Assembly: GCA_965644295.1 (NCBI GenBank)
Contig: CBFFRP010000239.1
Span: 1 to 64,000 of the forward strand
Source of the DNA: Paraphysomonas bandaiensis
Lineage: Eukaryota > Protista > Chrysophyceae
Reading direction: 5' to 3'
Length of the DNA stretch: 64,000 nt
Position 1 is the stretch's first letter; the number at the start of each line of letters is the position of its first letter. Below are positions 34,113-46,849 of the stretch, piece by piece. The notes beneath the pieces were generated by a model. That model was not told the origin of the DNA, searched no databases, and was given only the letters and a program-made list of their open reading frames with translations. Both the position numbers and the translations under genes were made by a program.

Positions 34113-35835
34113 AGACATTGAATATTTAATTACAGACTGACTAATATCTAATCCTAGAAATTAGACAAATCTTGACACGATTTCGAAAGTTAAAATCAAA
34201 ATCGGGATTCGAAATGTAGCAAGAAGTCTGTGACAAAACTACTGCACACTACACACAACAATTACACCTGTGGTAGCACAGCACTATTCTGTTCAAATTG
34301 CTTCTTCGAGAAGAGTCCCTTGCTTTTTATCAGCTTAGCCATGCCATCACCCATGACATTTTTCTCCATAATAGCTACTCCTTTTTTGGGTCCCAATGGT
34401 ATCAACATTATGCCGAGCTCCTTTTTGTCCATACCTGAATATGGGACTGGTCTCTTGCCTTTTTCCATTGTAACTATATTCTTGGCGACATGAAGGCCTT
34501 GGATACCTCCAGTAAATGCGAGTTTGGTCTCCGGATGATTATTTGCATCTCCGACGCAAAAAACATTTGAATAGCCTTTTACTCTGAGATATTCATCTAC
34601 TATAACTCTATTGTTTTCATCGACAGCATCGACCAAATTCCCTTGCTTCTTTCCAGGGCCTACTGTTACCACAGTCAGATCCGCCTCAATAGTCGAGCCA
34701 TCAGAAAGCGTAAGTGTATTCTTCCCTTCAATAAATGAATCGCCTCCTGGTGTTGGAGGCAGGGAGTTAACTCTTGCACCGAGACGTACAGTGCATCCCA
34801 TAGCCTCCAAAGAACTTTGAACTTTTTGTATTCCTTTCTCCAGCAGAGGTGGGTTAGTGTTGTTGAGAAGTTTTGAATGAGAATGAACCAAGGTAACCTT
34901 TTTCCCTGGATGGTGTGCACATATTTCTCCTGCAAGTTCAACTCCAACAGGACCCCCACCAATAATAACAATGTTCTCAGAACGTGAAATCTTCGCCTGG
35001 TGCTCTCGTAATGCATTCTGCAATGTAGCCATGTCGGTCACATCTTCCAACGGCCCCGAAGGAAAAGTCATTGGGCCTTGACCATGTGCCAAAACGATGT
35101 AGTCAGCCTCGACAGTGGTACCACTGCTTAAAGTGACTTGATTCGAATCGATTGATGTCACCTTATCACGAAGGATCTTTCCTTTCTTCAGCAACTTATC
35201 CAGTGGAATGGTAGCTCTCTTCTCCCATCCTGGAACCACAGCAGCTCGAAGTGCTGCGATTTTGTGATAGGTATGATCCTGTGGCTCAATCACAGTCACA
35301 TCGAACTTCTTGTCCAGTTCTTTTGCAACTGCTCCACCAACATACCCTCCACCTACCACCACTACACGCTTATTATTAGTAACACTTGCACTGTTGCCCA
35401 TTTTGATCAAAATTATGAGAGGAGGACAGATCTGATATCTAGAACATCTCAGACGACCCACACTCTCAACCGTTAAAATAAAATACGGGAAATATTCTGA
35501 GCGAAAATACAGAGCAGTATTCCCCTCTACCATATGCACATACGCCCCCTCTCCTCTATACACACACCCCAACACACACACACTTCAAGATTCCGACCAC
35601 CAAGCAGGAATTCCAACGAGGTTTCGAAAAAGGTGGGATTTTTCGGAGTTTTTTTTGATAGTTTTTTTTGCTAAGAACGTGTGTTAAGATTTCCAAACCA
35701 TATACAGTGTATACAGAGCATATACAGTGATATGGACGCAACATAGACACCGCGTCATATCGCGAGTGACATGTGCTTTTTTCTTGTTTTATTGAGATTT
35801 CTGTCTTGAAAACCCCACTTTTTGTCAATAATGCT
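34113..35835 (-). repeat. Right arm of inverted segmental duplication
   Basis: Reverse complement of 26819-28560 with few substitutions and a small upstream indel. Confidence 0.95.
34262..35401 (-). CDS. FSP1/AIFM2-like oxidoreductase, copy 2 (same protein as copy 1)
   Basis: Translation from MGNSAS is identical to 27272-28411. Confidence 0.9.
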   Translation of the reverse strand: MGNSASVTNNKRVVVVGGGYVGGAVAKELDKKFDVTVIEPQDHTYHKIAALRAAVVPGWEKRATIPLDKLLKKGKILRDKVTSIDSNQVTLSSGTTVEADYIVLAHGQGPMTFPSGPLEDVTDMATLQNALREHQAKISRSENIVIIGGGPVGVELAGEICAHHPGKKVTLVHSHSKLLNNTNPPLLEKGIQKVQSSLEAMGCTVRLGARVNSLPPTPGGDSFIEGKNTLTLSDGSTIEADLTVVTVGPGKKQGNLVDAVDENNRVIVDEYLRVKGYSNVFCVGDANNHPETKLAFTGGIQGLHVAKNIVTMEKGKRPVPYSGMDKKELGIMLIPLGPKKGVAIMEKNVMGDGMAKLIKSKGLFSKKQFEQNSAVLPQV

Positions 35836-36299
35836 GATTTTCGTCTCTTTTCATCTCCTGTGTAGGACTTGATAGGCAGGCAGTCGTCTCGTACACAGAG
35901 TCACTATGGAGATGCCTGTTGACTCATCTTCTCAAAAGGTACATTCTCACAGATACGATTAGGGTTACCTGAATCCAGTAAATGAGATTCTAGGGAAGGG
36001 TAGTGAGTCTTTACTGGAGAGTAGTGCGGATGGGTGTATCTAGTGAGAGCAGGGCGCACTGTGTCTGTGAGAGTGTATCAGCTGAGTCGAGTGAGATCAG
36101 TGATAAGAGTACGAGAGCCCAGAGGGTCTTGACTGATGAGTCTCCTCTGGGTGAGGTAACCCTCTGTGATGAGAGATCTCGAAGCTTAGTGGGATGTCGC
36201 CATGTCATGCTGCATACTGTCGGTTGTTAATATGGCTATATATGTGTACTTGATGACGTACTAATTGCAGTATCTTCGGGATACGGTGAGGAAACACAT

Positions 36300-36833
36300 T
36301 CGATTCAGCGGAAAGAGTTATTGATAATATGCATGTTTTAGCTGGTAATGTAACTGTTTTACGATTGGCTATGTATTGTGTTTGCTACTGGTGGATCTCT
36401 TACCTGACAGCTCATTTTACAAGTACCGTATCGACCTCACCAGTGTAGAGTAGCAGGCTATGTGTGCTGGTATCCAGGAACTGGTGTGGCTTTGGGGGGT
36501 GATGGCGAATTGGGACTTCGTTTGTGCGAACCCACTCCACTTTCCTTGTGCGTGAACATGTTGATCCAGAAGGACCATTCAACACTGTGATATTGTATCA
36601 CGTGACTGATGATGATACTGCAGACATATTGACGAAATCTTTATGTGTATGAGAAGCACAGGAAGAGATGTGTAGGCGAGGATCAGAAATCATATGTGGT
36701 GGTTATTAGAAAGGCTAGCTGAAATGTCGGAGTCATCCACCTGTTTGTCCTGTGTGGTTTGTGGTGGTTGTGTATCCGTCAGTTATGTCTCGTGATATGA
36801 AGATTCTATCTACAGCTTTGAATTGAGAGGGAG
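36300..36833 (+). mobile_element. Degraded Copia RNase H / 3' internal region ending in a polypurine tract
   Basis: ILYHVTDDDTADILTKSL resembles the Copia RNase H C-terminal motif (V.T..Q.ADILTK.L). PPT GAGAGGGAG at 36825-36833 directly precedes TGTTGAG. Confidence 0.7.
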
Positions 36834-37176
36834 TGTTGAGCTTTGCTGTTTGAGAGCAATTAAAAGCTGTAGTTCAAAGATATATGAATCATTACTGTTA
36901 ATAGAAGAGTACTGAAGTGGTTAACTGTATTATGAGAACTAATGTCATATTAGCAATCGTAGTTGTGAAACTGAAATATATTGACCGTATAAGATCGTGA
37001 TATAATATATCTAAGATTGTATGGAAATGATTGAAAGTTGAGGCAATATGAATTTGGTGATTGGCAGTGAATGACTAGTGATATTGATCATAACTTTATT
37101 GTATGTTACCATATGTTTCTAACTTATAATATCAGCATAGAGTGAAAGTATTGTTTAGTTGTGTTATTTTCTAACA
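36834..37176 (+). mobile_element. 3' LTR of Copia element (343 bp)
   Basis: TGTTGAG...CTAACA termini, directly after the PPT. Related fragment at 23532. Confidence 0.7.
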
Positions 37177-37462
37177 CATTGGGCTGCTTGCTGTAGTCGA
37201 GCATCCGGGCTGTTCACCTTAAGGACTCAAAACTCCTGAAGTTAGCAGATGACAGGTATATCAACATTCTGCTTGCTCACTGTGCTTGCTTTGTGTGATA
37301 GAGCGAAAGTGGTTGCACCTTGGTGCTTGAGGTGACGCACACGCAGCTTTCATAGTAGGATATCAGAGATAAGCACTGGTTAGTTAAATTGCTTTTGCTA
37401 AATAAATTAGTTCTGACTCTTAAACGCATATTGCTAATAATAAGACATTGACTACTGTCAAC
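37177..37462 (+). repeat. Dispersed repeat family A, partial copy abutting the LTR
   Basis: Reverse complement of ~11225-11450. Confidence 0.75.
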
Positions 37463-37957
37463 GATACGGCATGTTTACAAGTTTTAATAATAAAAACATG
37501 TTTGTTTCATACATCACTTTTTTAAGATTTCTTCGGAGTAGTTACACTTGATGAGCCCGTTGCTATTAATACAATTATTGCTGATAAAAGAGTAGAATGG
37601 CGGACATGAGAGGTATGACACGTCGAGTACTATACATATTACAATATTTAACGTGTGACGTTATATGATCGAATTCTCGATGTCAAATAACTTATTACAA
37701 TCACCTACTACATAACATCTACTACACCCACTAACCAATGTCATCACAACAGGCAAGAAGAAAGTGCCACAAAAAGATTAACTGATACACCATAATACAT
37801 ACCATAGAAGAAATTACGAACACAAAATCAAATTGAAAGTAAAAACACGGAAAATGAGTAACTCAAGTTCACAAACGACATAACGACAACAGCAGCGTGA
37901 CTTTTCCACGGTAAACTACCATTGTGTTGTGATCTTGAAATTATATTATCCAAAAAT

Positions 37958-40900
37958 CTATCGATTACAGTCGTCGCGGAGGTGTTCGATTCCAAGTCCC
38001 GCTACCGCTCTAATGGACTCATTCCAGTCATCGGAAATATAGCGAGTTAATACGGCTGTCATATCAACCGCCTGGAGTTGTGGTCTCACCGCTGGTATAT
38101 TAACGACCAGGTGTACAACGAGAGATATAACCGCCTCAGCAGAAATACACACAGGCGTTTCATCTTTCTTATCTTTCAGCGATATTAAGATTTTCGATAG
38201 CTCTGATACAATATTGCTTGCAGCAAGTTCCTTCCCAGTGTCTGAATCTTTCCCATCGCAAAGGTCAGTGATAAGAGAAGTCATCATCTTCACAATATTG
38301 GCGTTAAAAATATTTTTCCAAACCACTAATACATACAAAGAAAAATGTTTATCGGATCCTAATATGGCGCGATTTTGCTTGTTGTTATTCGAACACAACC
38401 CCTGTATGGCCCTAATACATACTGTGCACACATCTTCGTTTGCCATGTTCTTAATCAAATGTTTGACAATAGTCCCACACGCTCCACTTCGTCCGAGCCT
38501 ATCTCTATTTTCAGAGCTATAATAACTCAACATCTCAATTAGTTCACACGCTTGATTCTGTAACTCCGTATAGTCATCATGCTCTTTCATAGCGTCCACT
38601 AGGATTTGGCAACACTTATGCTTACACATAGGCAATCGGTTTTCATTGCATCCACGAGCCAAACTACACCCAAATCGAATCGCGTGAGTACACAGCACAG
38701 GATCAGACATGTGACGGAATATGATGTAGTAAACAAGGTCGCCACCTCCTGTCTCTCCTACTATGTTCGAGCCACTAGTACTTAACTGCAACTTGCATAG
38801 CATTGTTAGCCCACTTATCTGAATATCTCTACAGCTCAAGAAAGCTGTCATAACAGATATAACTGATGGTATCCTACTCAAAATTAGAGTACATTTGTCG
38901 CCATGTATATTTCTTGATATAGATAATAAACGTGTTATCGATTTCACAGCTAAAACATGGCTACCAGATTCAACCGAAAAGTCGATACAATCCATGACGA
39001 CGGCAATATCAGTGCAGCTATCAACTTGGCTAATGTAGTACTTAATTTTCTCCATTGCTTCATTACGTTCCGTTCTTCTCTGTTTAGCTTTTAAATGAAA
39101 ACTCGCACTGCGAGTTATTTTTTTAGCTGCTCTTTGCTCCACTTCATTTTCTAGCCCCCCAACATTCTCTATCCTACTCGCCAATGATAATTTTCGCAAG
39201 CCAATTGTAGCAGCATTTCTAACAGTAAGAGGCCATACCGCAGTCGTGTACGACTCGAATACTCGCCCAATGCCTGCCGCTAAAAAAACTGGTCTCAACA
39301 TAGGGATATGTACGGCAAAATGAACGGCAAGCAAGAGTACAGCCTGTGCAACGTCGTGATTCATTTCTCTGTCGTCAGTCGAAAGGATATTAACAATATT
39401 CATGGGGATAGTACTGTCGCATATTGTTGGTCTGACTGAATCGTCTTCACTACCACATATTGTTGACAGCAGTGTGCACACATGCTTGCATACTCTGGGA
39501 GATGACTTGCTACCCCACAAAATGTGTGAAAAAATATTCAGATTTTCCTTTGAAGAAAACAAGAGCGTATTTTGATTCCCATCCGTACACAAACTTAATA
39601 TAATACGAGTGCAAATTGCCACGCATTCTTCTTCACCCATGTGATTACACATGAACGCAGTGATACAACCATCCACGCCACTTTTTCCCAAAATGCATCT
39701 GTTTTTATCAGAATAAGAACTCATACTATAAAGCAGACGACAAGTCAGCAACATGAGTTTCATGTTCCGAGCTTGGAGTTTCATGATGCGAGATATTACA
39801 TCACAGCACTTGGGGTTACATATCTGCACTACGCATGCAGGATAGACACGTATCATATCTTCAAAATATGAAAAACACAAAATGATTAAATCTGCATCTG
39901 TCTCATATCTGTGTAGTACAAGCTCTATTACGCCACATACCCCTGCCTCAACAAATTGATTTGCATGAGCAACACTGTATGTTAGTTGCTGAAGTACATT
40001 AATCCCAGTCCGTTGAATATCAGCATGACCTAGAAATGATACCATTGCACCCAGCACCGCCTTTATACGAGTACGTGCTGTAACAGCATTTTTGTCCAAT
40101 GAAGAAAGCACACAAAGTCTACTCAAAGTTCGCGATGCCAGTACATAGCTATCATCATCTATCGACGACTCGAGGCAATCTAATAGTTTGTTGGCATCAA
40201 CGTAGCTTTCAACCTGAATAATCAGTTCTTCCATCTTACCACTAGCTTTGCCGAACTCCTCCCTAGCAGAATTATCATTCACACTACAGCTCACACTCCG
40301 ATTTATTTTTCTGTTGGTATGTGAAAGGCGTCTAAGATTGACATCGCCTGAGTCGGATATATTCTTGATTGCTAGTACTGCAGCCTGCCTTAACCTTTTA
40401 CCATATTTCTTCGCTGTATACATTCCAAATACAGCAACCATTCCAGCAGATAAAAGCTCCTGCCTCATTGCACGCACATTCACAGCAAAATGAATAGCTA
40501 TCAATAACACTGTCTCAGCAACCTCGGGGTTTAATTCAGGCTCTTCTCTGGATACAAATGATGCTATATCTCTCACAAGGTTGCTTCGAGTTAGTTCGTC
40601 AGTAACAAAGCCAATGCCATCACCACTTAAAACAACAAGCAACTTACTCATATATTTGCAAACTCCGACATTGGTATCATTCTCGGTGATTACTCGAAAA
40701 AACGTTTGAATGTTCTGTGCATTTACAAAGACTGATCTATTCACATCGTTATTTGTACTCAAAGCAATAATCGACTTGGCGCAAAGAATGCAGGCTTCTT
40801 CATCTCTACTATGGTCGATTAAATACTGCATGATATATCCGCAGATACCACATCGTCCCAATCGCGAACGATTGTCAGCAGACTCCACACAGAGATAATT

Positions 40901-43900
40901 AATTAAAGAAAGCGCTTTGTTCAGTACATGAGTGTATGCTGAGTGTGTGGTCATCAGATTCCCCAGAGCTTCGCAAAACTTAGAGGTACATATAGATAAC
41001 CTATTCTCTGTACATTCTTTTACCAAACGACAACCATATTGCAACGATAGAGCACATAAACCTGGATCAGACATATGGCGAAAAACGATTAAACCCACAA
41101 GTTCACCCCCGCCCAATAGACCAACTTCTCTCGCGGTAGATACATTAGAAGTAAGATGTTGCAAAATGCCTATGCCACAACGCTGAATATCTGAACGACT
41201 TAGAAAAGAATTCATGATATTAATCAAGAGCTGCAGGTTTAATTTGATATCACTCTCAACAATATTCACCTTTCCATTCTTACATAAATAGTATAAGCGA
41301 CTAATTGCCTTGAACGCAAGGGCATGATTTCCTTGACTGATGGACTGCTGAAGGGAGCGCACAATTAAATCAAGGTCTGTGGTTTCAGCTATTGATTCTA
41401 ATAATAATTGACAAGATTCGGCAGAAGTATCTTTAACACATGATGAAACCGAGTTGGACTCGCTGCTTGTTGTATTCGACCCTTTCTTTTGCCCACCTGA
41501 ATCATCAGCGGATACAGATGACATATAGCCAAGTATCACATTTGCAATACTAATGATTGGCTGTGTCCAACCAGAACGAAAGTAACCCATGTAGCCTGCT
41601 AATCCAGTACCGTAAAATCTCTCCTTTAAAGCACCACTGTTCAATAACATAGAACCAATCAGTGTTAGAACACAGTGGGTATTCTCCATTGGTATTGATT
41701 TATTTTGTCGTAGCTCATCGAGCGCATTACACAGGTCACCAACAACATCACTGTTTATAAGCTCTCTCTCGATGTAATCGCTACTACGTCCACATAAGTC
41801 CGACAATAGCATGCACATATTTTTGCATATGCTGGAATTCTGTAGATTATTCATCAGCAAACTCGTGTAGACGCAAAAACTATGACGGGAGGCCAGAATA
41901 AAGCTGTTACTCTCACTTTCGTGTGTGCAAAGTACTGCGATCGTTTCAACACATACACTCACACTGTCTTCATCGCTCGAGTGCTCTTTCAAATATTCCA
42001 AGATCTGTCCACTAACCCCGGCGACAGCCATATATTCTCGACAGGAGCTTGAGTCTTGACAGAGGTGCTGTATCAAGCGACAACACTCCTTCGGCACGTC
42101 AGGATCATTTATATGACAGGTAAGTATATTGGATAAGGTGTGACACTTTCCAGGTGTTCCAAGGAGCAGATGGTTAGAGAGGTTACAGCTGGAAAACATA
42201 CAGAGATAATCCAAGCATACCATACATAGTCCTGCATTCTTTGAATGAGCTTCTATAATTACAAATATATTATCGTATATTTTGGTGTCCACCGCCAACT
42301 TCAAGTGTGATACATCCGCCAAGAGATGTTGCAATATTTGTACTCCACACTTCTGGATATCAACACTACTCAGAAATTTCGACATTACCTGTAACAAGTA
42401 AGTAACATCTCTAGTGTCGAACGACAGATTTGTGGGCTGGATTGAGTTGACCTCGATTAAAATGTGTTTGATTCGCTCGACAGTGCATTGCGCCAACACA
42501 GCATTGCTTTTCATTACAGACAAGTAGAGAAAATTTAACAGTATCTTTATGTCATTGCACTCCCTAATAGATTGCATTTCTTCTCCGTAAGCGGAGAGAG
42601 ATCTGTCAACAGCATCATCGTTTGTTCGTCCCGGCTCAGATGAAGTGATGCATGGTGTAGGACCTCCATCCTTAAACTCATCAGCGCGCTTCTGATGTAA
42701 CACAGTGGGACTGCTACTTGGAGAAGAGCGAGTGGCATTTTCCAATTCCTTAGAAGACTTTACGAGATGATATCGAACCTTCATCACTCCAGATGCTATT
42801 GTTTTTGTGACAGGACCTTTACACAAATCAAGCAGAACTTCATCCACACCTTTTGAGAGGCACAGGAGTCGAAGAGACTCTACCGAACTAAACTTATGTA
42901 TTATCATGACGGTATGCTTGATGACATCTTCACTAATATTGGGGATACGCAGTATCGTACACAGCGCAGTCACCATAGAATCAGTAGCCATGTCAGAAAG
43001 TAACTTACTGTCGTCGCCACATAGCATTACAATCGTCACTGTAACGCTTCTGAAAGTTTTTTCATCTTCATATGTTTCTAAAAGACATTTCGAATACAAT
43101 TCAGAATTTTCCGAGGACATAAAAAACCTTTTCGAATTCTGATATGGACTGGAACAGAGAGTTAAGATACCATGACATACTGTACGAACTATCTCTGCGT
43201 TTCTGTATTGCATACTCAAACAGTAAATCATTGCAAGATACACACCCGCCACTTTGAAATTTTCAAAGACAGGTTCACTGACCTCATCACTTAATTTACG
43301 AAGAATCCTAATACACAACTTAACCAGGTCGCCATGCGAGCTGTGCTCTTGGAGAGCTCGGCCGATGACTTGGCAATATCGAACAGATAGCATCCGCCAC
43401 CTGATGCTTACAGAAGTGGATACTAAGTGAGAGAAAAGTGTTATGGCTAAAAAGGAAATATCGAATGATTTCCCGTGCCGTATCAGAGAAACAAGAATAA
43501 AATCGCAAACTCCAGATTCACCAAATATTTCTTCCATTCCTTCCACCGTCGAAATACGTAATAACAAATGAAGTATATCGAATCCACTGAAAGTGATAGT
43601 TCGTATACTGACAAAAGAACATAGCATATGACATATCAAACCAACATCTTTTGAAGTCGTTGGTAAATAGTTAGATACTAAGCTGGTATTCTCGTCACCA
43701 TGGATAGCGAAAATGTCAATTATCCTCTTGACGACACAAATAGCAAGTTCTATACTCCCACTCTCGACACTTTTACAAAGAGCTTCACGAATTACATCGC
43801 CTTCCACTATCGCTACCATCTCGTTACATAAGAACCGAATTCGACTTGAAAGTTTGCGTCGTTTCGCATAAGCAGTGAGAGCACGCCGTATACATACCAA

Positions 43901-45194
43901 CGCTTTTTTCTCTTCGGGGTCTTGGAAATCTGCATCCTCAGTCTGGCTGAACGAATTGCATTTCTGCTGAGATTGTGCCATATTGAGATTTTCAATATCT
44001 TGCTTAAACTGAAATACTTCACTTTCACAGGCCTTCGCGGTATTATCTGCAAACGACAGGCTACTATGAATATCATCGAAACTCTCTTGTTCTGCTAGCG
44101 ATACAGACCCCATAGAGAGCATCGATCGGTTAAAGTCTGATTTCATCTGACACAGCTCGGTTTGGAATGACTCCAACACTCCACTTATTTCAGCTTTCAA
44201 ATTACGAATTTCTTTAAGTGCGGTGGAATTGTTTTTTCTCGGAGACGAACTAATATAGGAAGTTGATACTTGCATCAGTCTCGACTGGACATATTCATCC
44301 TTTTCAGGAGTACTACGAAGTCTTGTAGAGGGTTTCTTTCGTTTTCGTCCAGGAAAATCTCCAGCGGTAGAGGAGCGAAAAGACGCCTCACCGCATCCAT
44401 AACCATTGTACATCCTGGAATTCGTTCTACTGGTGGTCACTACATCTGCCGTACTCACACCGCCTCTAGTCCTTTTCGCCATACTATCGAAAGATATCCC
44501 TTTGATTTTCTTAACTCTAGCTTTTCCGAACCTCGCATTTTTTATAAAATGACGTACCCTGTACATGCGATATATGGCCTGTATTTTGGAGGCCATAGTA
44601 TTTATCAAAATCGTCATTTCCTGTACACATTTTATTTGCATGGATTCAGAATCAAAAACAGCTCCAGTTATCACGTCCCCACTAAACTCTATTTTCGTTA
44701 CTCTTAGTAACCATTCCGCTAATACGTGTTTATTCTCATACTTAGGGGATATACTCCATACGCGCAGGAGTTCATCAATATCTTCTGAAACAGGAATAAC
44801 GACACTCCACTTCTGCTTTGTCTTAGCGACTGTAATATCAATTGAAAAATACTTTAACGATCCCAAGAATTCACGAACGACAAAATTAAGTGATCTGTTA
44901 TAACAATTACCATTAAACACATGCTATCAACACTATGAACCACACACACCTCTGTCTCTTCTGTACAGCACATCGAAATATCACTCTTCCATTCGAAAGA
45001 ACTTTCTCAGAATTATTTTCTGCTTTACTATAATATCATACATTATATTAAGAGGCAATAGAAGTGAGAGGGATGTGTATATACCGTGTAGATGAGACAG
45101 GCCTGGGTGATCCATTTGATTTCGCCCTCTGGATATGTTTCGATGGATTAGAAGGCTTTGGTTTGGATGGTGGAGTTGCTGTGAATTTCCCCAT
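37958..45194 (-). CDS. Giant armadillo-repeat protein with IQ motif(s), >2300 aa; one ~7-kb exon plus small 5' exons
   Basis: 2320-aa ORF with IQ motif SKIQAIYRMYRVR and repeated ARM-like helical units (e.g. NRDRLGRSGACGTIVKHL). Upstream ATG at 45194 with GT-AG introns; 5' structure uncertain. Confidence 0.8.
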
Positions 45195-45562
45195 TGATAA
45201 CACTCACTTGATATGATGATATATATCTACTTATGACGATAGCAGCACCTTACATGCCTTCTACTCTCTTTCTACCTGCAGCTCTGCTGTGCAACCCTCC
45301 TGTGTGTAGATGTTGCAGCTTTCCAATACAGGACACACTCAACCGTTATGTGATATTTCCGGATATTTCCGTATTTTTAGGATATTAAAACCTTAAAAAG
45401 GGTAATAATCGACAACTCCAGTAGACTAAAATCATGGATTTATGGGTGGTTTTAATATCGAAATGTCTGAAAACAGGGGTTTTTATCTGCGATATTACGA
45501 CCGTACCAGCAGCAGTGTGGCCAACATCGCATCATGTCCATCAAAAACAGCAGCATAGGGCC

Positions 45563-45602
45563 GTGTGTGTGTATGTATGTATGTATGTATGTATGTATGT
45601 AT
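45563..45602 (+). repeat. Short (GT)n(GTAT)n microsatellite in divergent intergenic region
   Basis: Directly visible. Confidence 0.9.
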
Positions 45603-45681
45603 AGCTCCAGCAGATTGACTAGATGGACAAGTCGGAACCCATTCATACCAACACATACACACCCCTTCCATATTATTACAC

Positions 45682-46473
45682 ATGGAAACTCTCGCACAAC
45701 GCTATCGTGATGGTGAACTGGATGGAAATGCTCTTGCTAAAATGGTTGAGTCCGGCGATATGACGAAAAGCGAACGCCGTAAGATCGTTAAGTTAGCATC
45801 AAAACTTCCAGCTAGTAGCGAATTAAGTGAAAGACAAAAACTTCGTATAGCAGTAAAAGAAAAAAAAAAGTTACCAAAATTATCAAGAGAAGAAAGAAAA
45901 CGAAAATTTACTGCATCGACAGTTGTAGCTGAACGAGAGGCTGCGAAAGCCAAATCAACTGTATGTTTGCGTTGTAGACAACGTGGTCATTTACTTAAAG
46001 ACTGTCCAGAGGCTAAGAAAGATGTGGGGATATGTTTTAATTGTGGTTCTCATGATCATCCCCTCAGACAGTGCCCGAAACCCCGTGGAAAAGTGTTAAA
46101 ATTTGCCAAATGTTTTGTGTGTGGAAACACTGGCCATTTATCTCGTGATTGTCCAGAAAATGCTAATGGTTTGTACCCGAAGGGTGGGTGTTGTCATATA
46201 TGTTTACAAAAGACTCATCTAGTAAGAGATTGTCCCGAGCGGACGGAAGAGGATGCAGCCAAATACAAGCGGCGAAAGCAAGAAGAGGAAGATGCTTTAC
46301 TTGGACCACGGATAGGAGAAATGGAGGGCGACTTTGTTGGTGGTGATGACTACCAGGCGGTTGATACTAGCGTTCAGGATGAGGATGGAGATGATGAATC
46401 TAAGAGTACGAAGGAAGAAAAGAAATCTGCATGGCATCCTGGTATGAAAAAGCGCAAAGGTGGTCGTAATTGA
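45682..46473 (+). CDS. ZCCHC9-like protein with four CCHC zinc knuckles, intronless
   Basis: CLRCRQRGHLLKDC, CFNCGSHDHPLRQC, FAKCFVCGNTGHLSRDCPENANGLYPKGGCCHICLQKTHLVRDC; the GLYPKGG linker is typical of ZCCHC9. Confidence 0.85.
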   Translation: METLAQRYRDGELDGNALAKMVESGDMTKSERRKIVKLASKLPASSELSERQKLRIAVKEKKKLPKLSREERKRKFTASTVVAEREAAKAKSTVCLRCRQRGHLLKDCPEAKKDVGICFNCGSHDHPLRQCPKPRGKVLKFAKCFVCGNTGHLSRDCPENANGLYPKGGCCHICLQKTHLVRDCPERTEEDAAKYKRRKQEEEDALLGPRIGEMEGDFVGGDDYQAVDTSVQDEDGDDESKSTKEEKKSAWHPGMKKRKGGRN

Positions 46474-46594
46474 CTTGCTGGATCGTAATAATAGCATACA
46501 ATAAGGAATATAATAATGATATCAAATTTTACTTTAAGAACTATTTTCACTGATGAAGCATCTTGTATAGGCGTGGGAAATATAAATAACTATA

Positions 46595-46849
46595 TGTTGA
46601 TTCGTGAGCAACTTTCTAGATATGGTTACATCTTGGTAAGAAGTCGAACTATTATGCATGAAATAGAAAATAGATACTAGATGAATGTGTATGCATGTCA
46701 AAGTCACGATGAAAAGGATTACCCATGATCAATAGATATGTAAGTAAGAAGCTCTTATTATGTAATAATTACTATATACTATAGCATATTGATAGTGATT
46801 ACAATATATCACGAGCTAGCTTTACACTAACAACTAACATTTTACAACA
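46595..46849. mobile_element. Probable solo LTR (255 bp)
   Basis: TGTTG...CAACA termini with TATA directly on both sides (4-bp TSD). A related fragment lies at ~29010-29110. Confidence 0.6.

Noticed and set aside
26819-35835. Composite transposon or giant-TIR element carrying the GPCR
   Set aside because: The arms encode an oxidoreductase, not a transposase, and no TSD flanks the outer ends.
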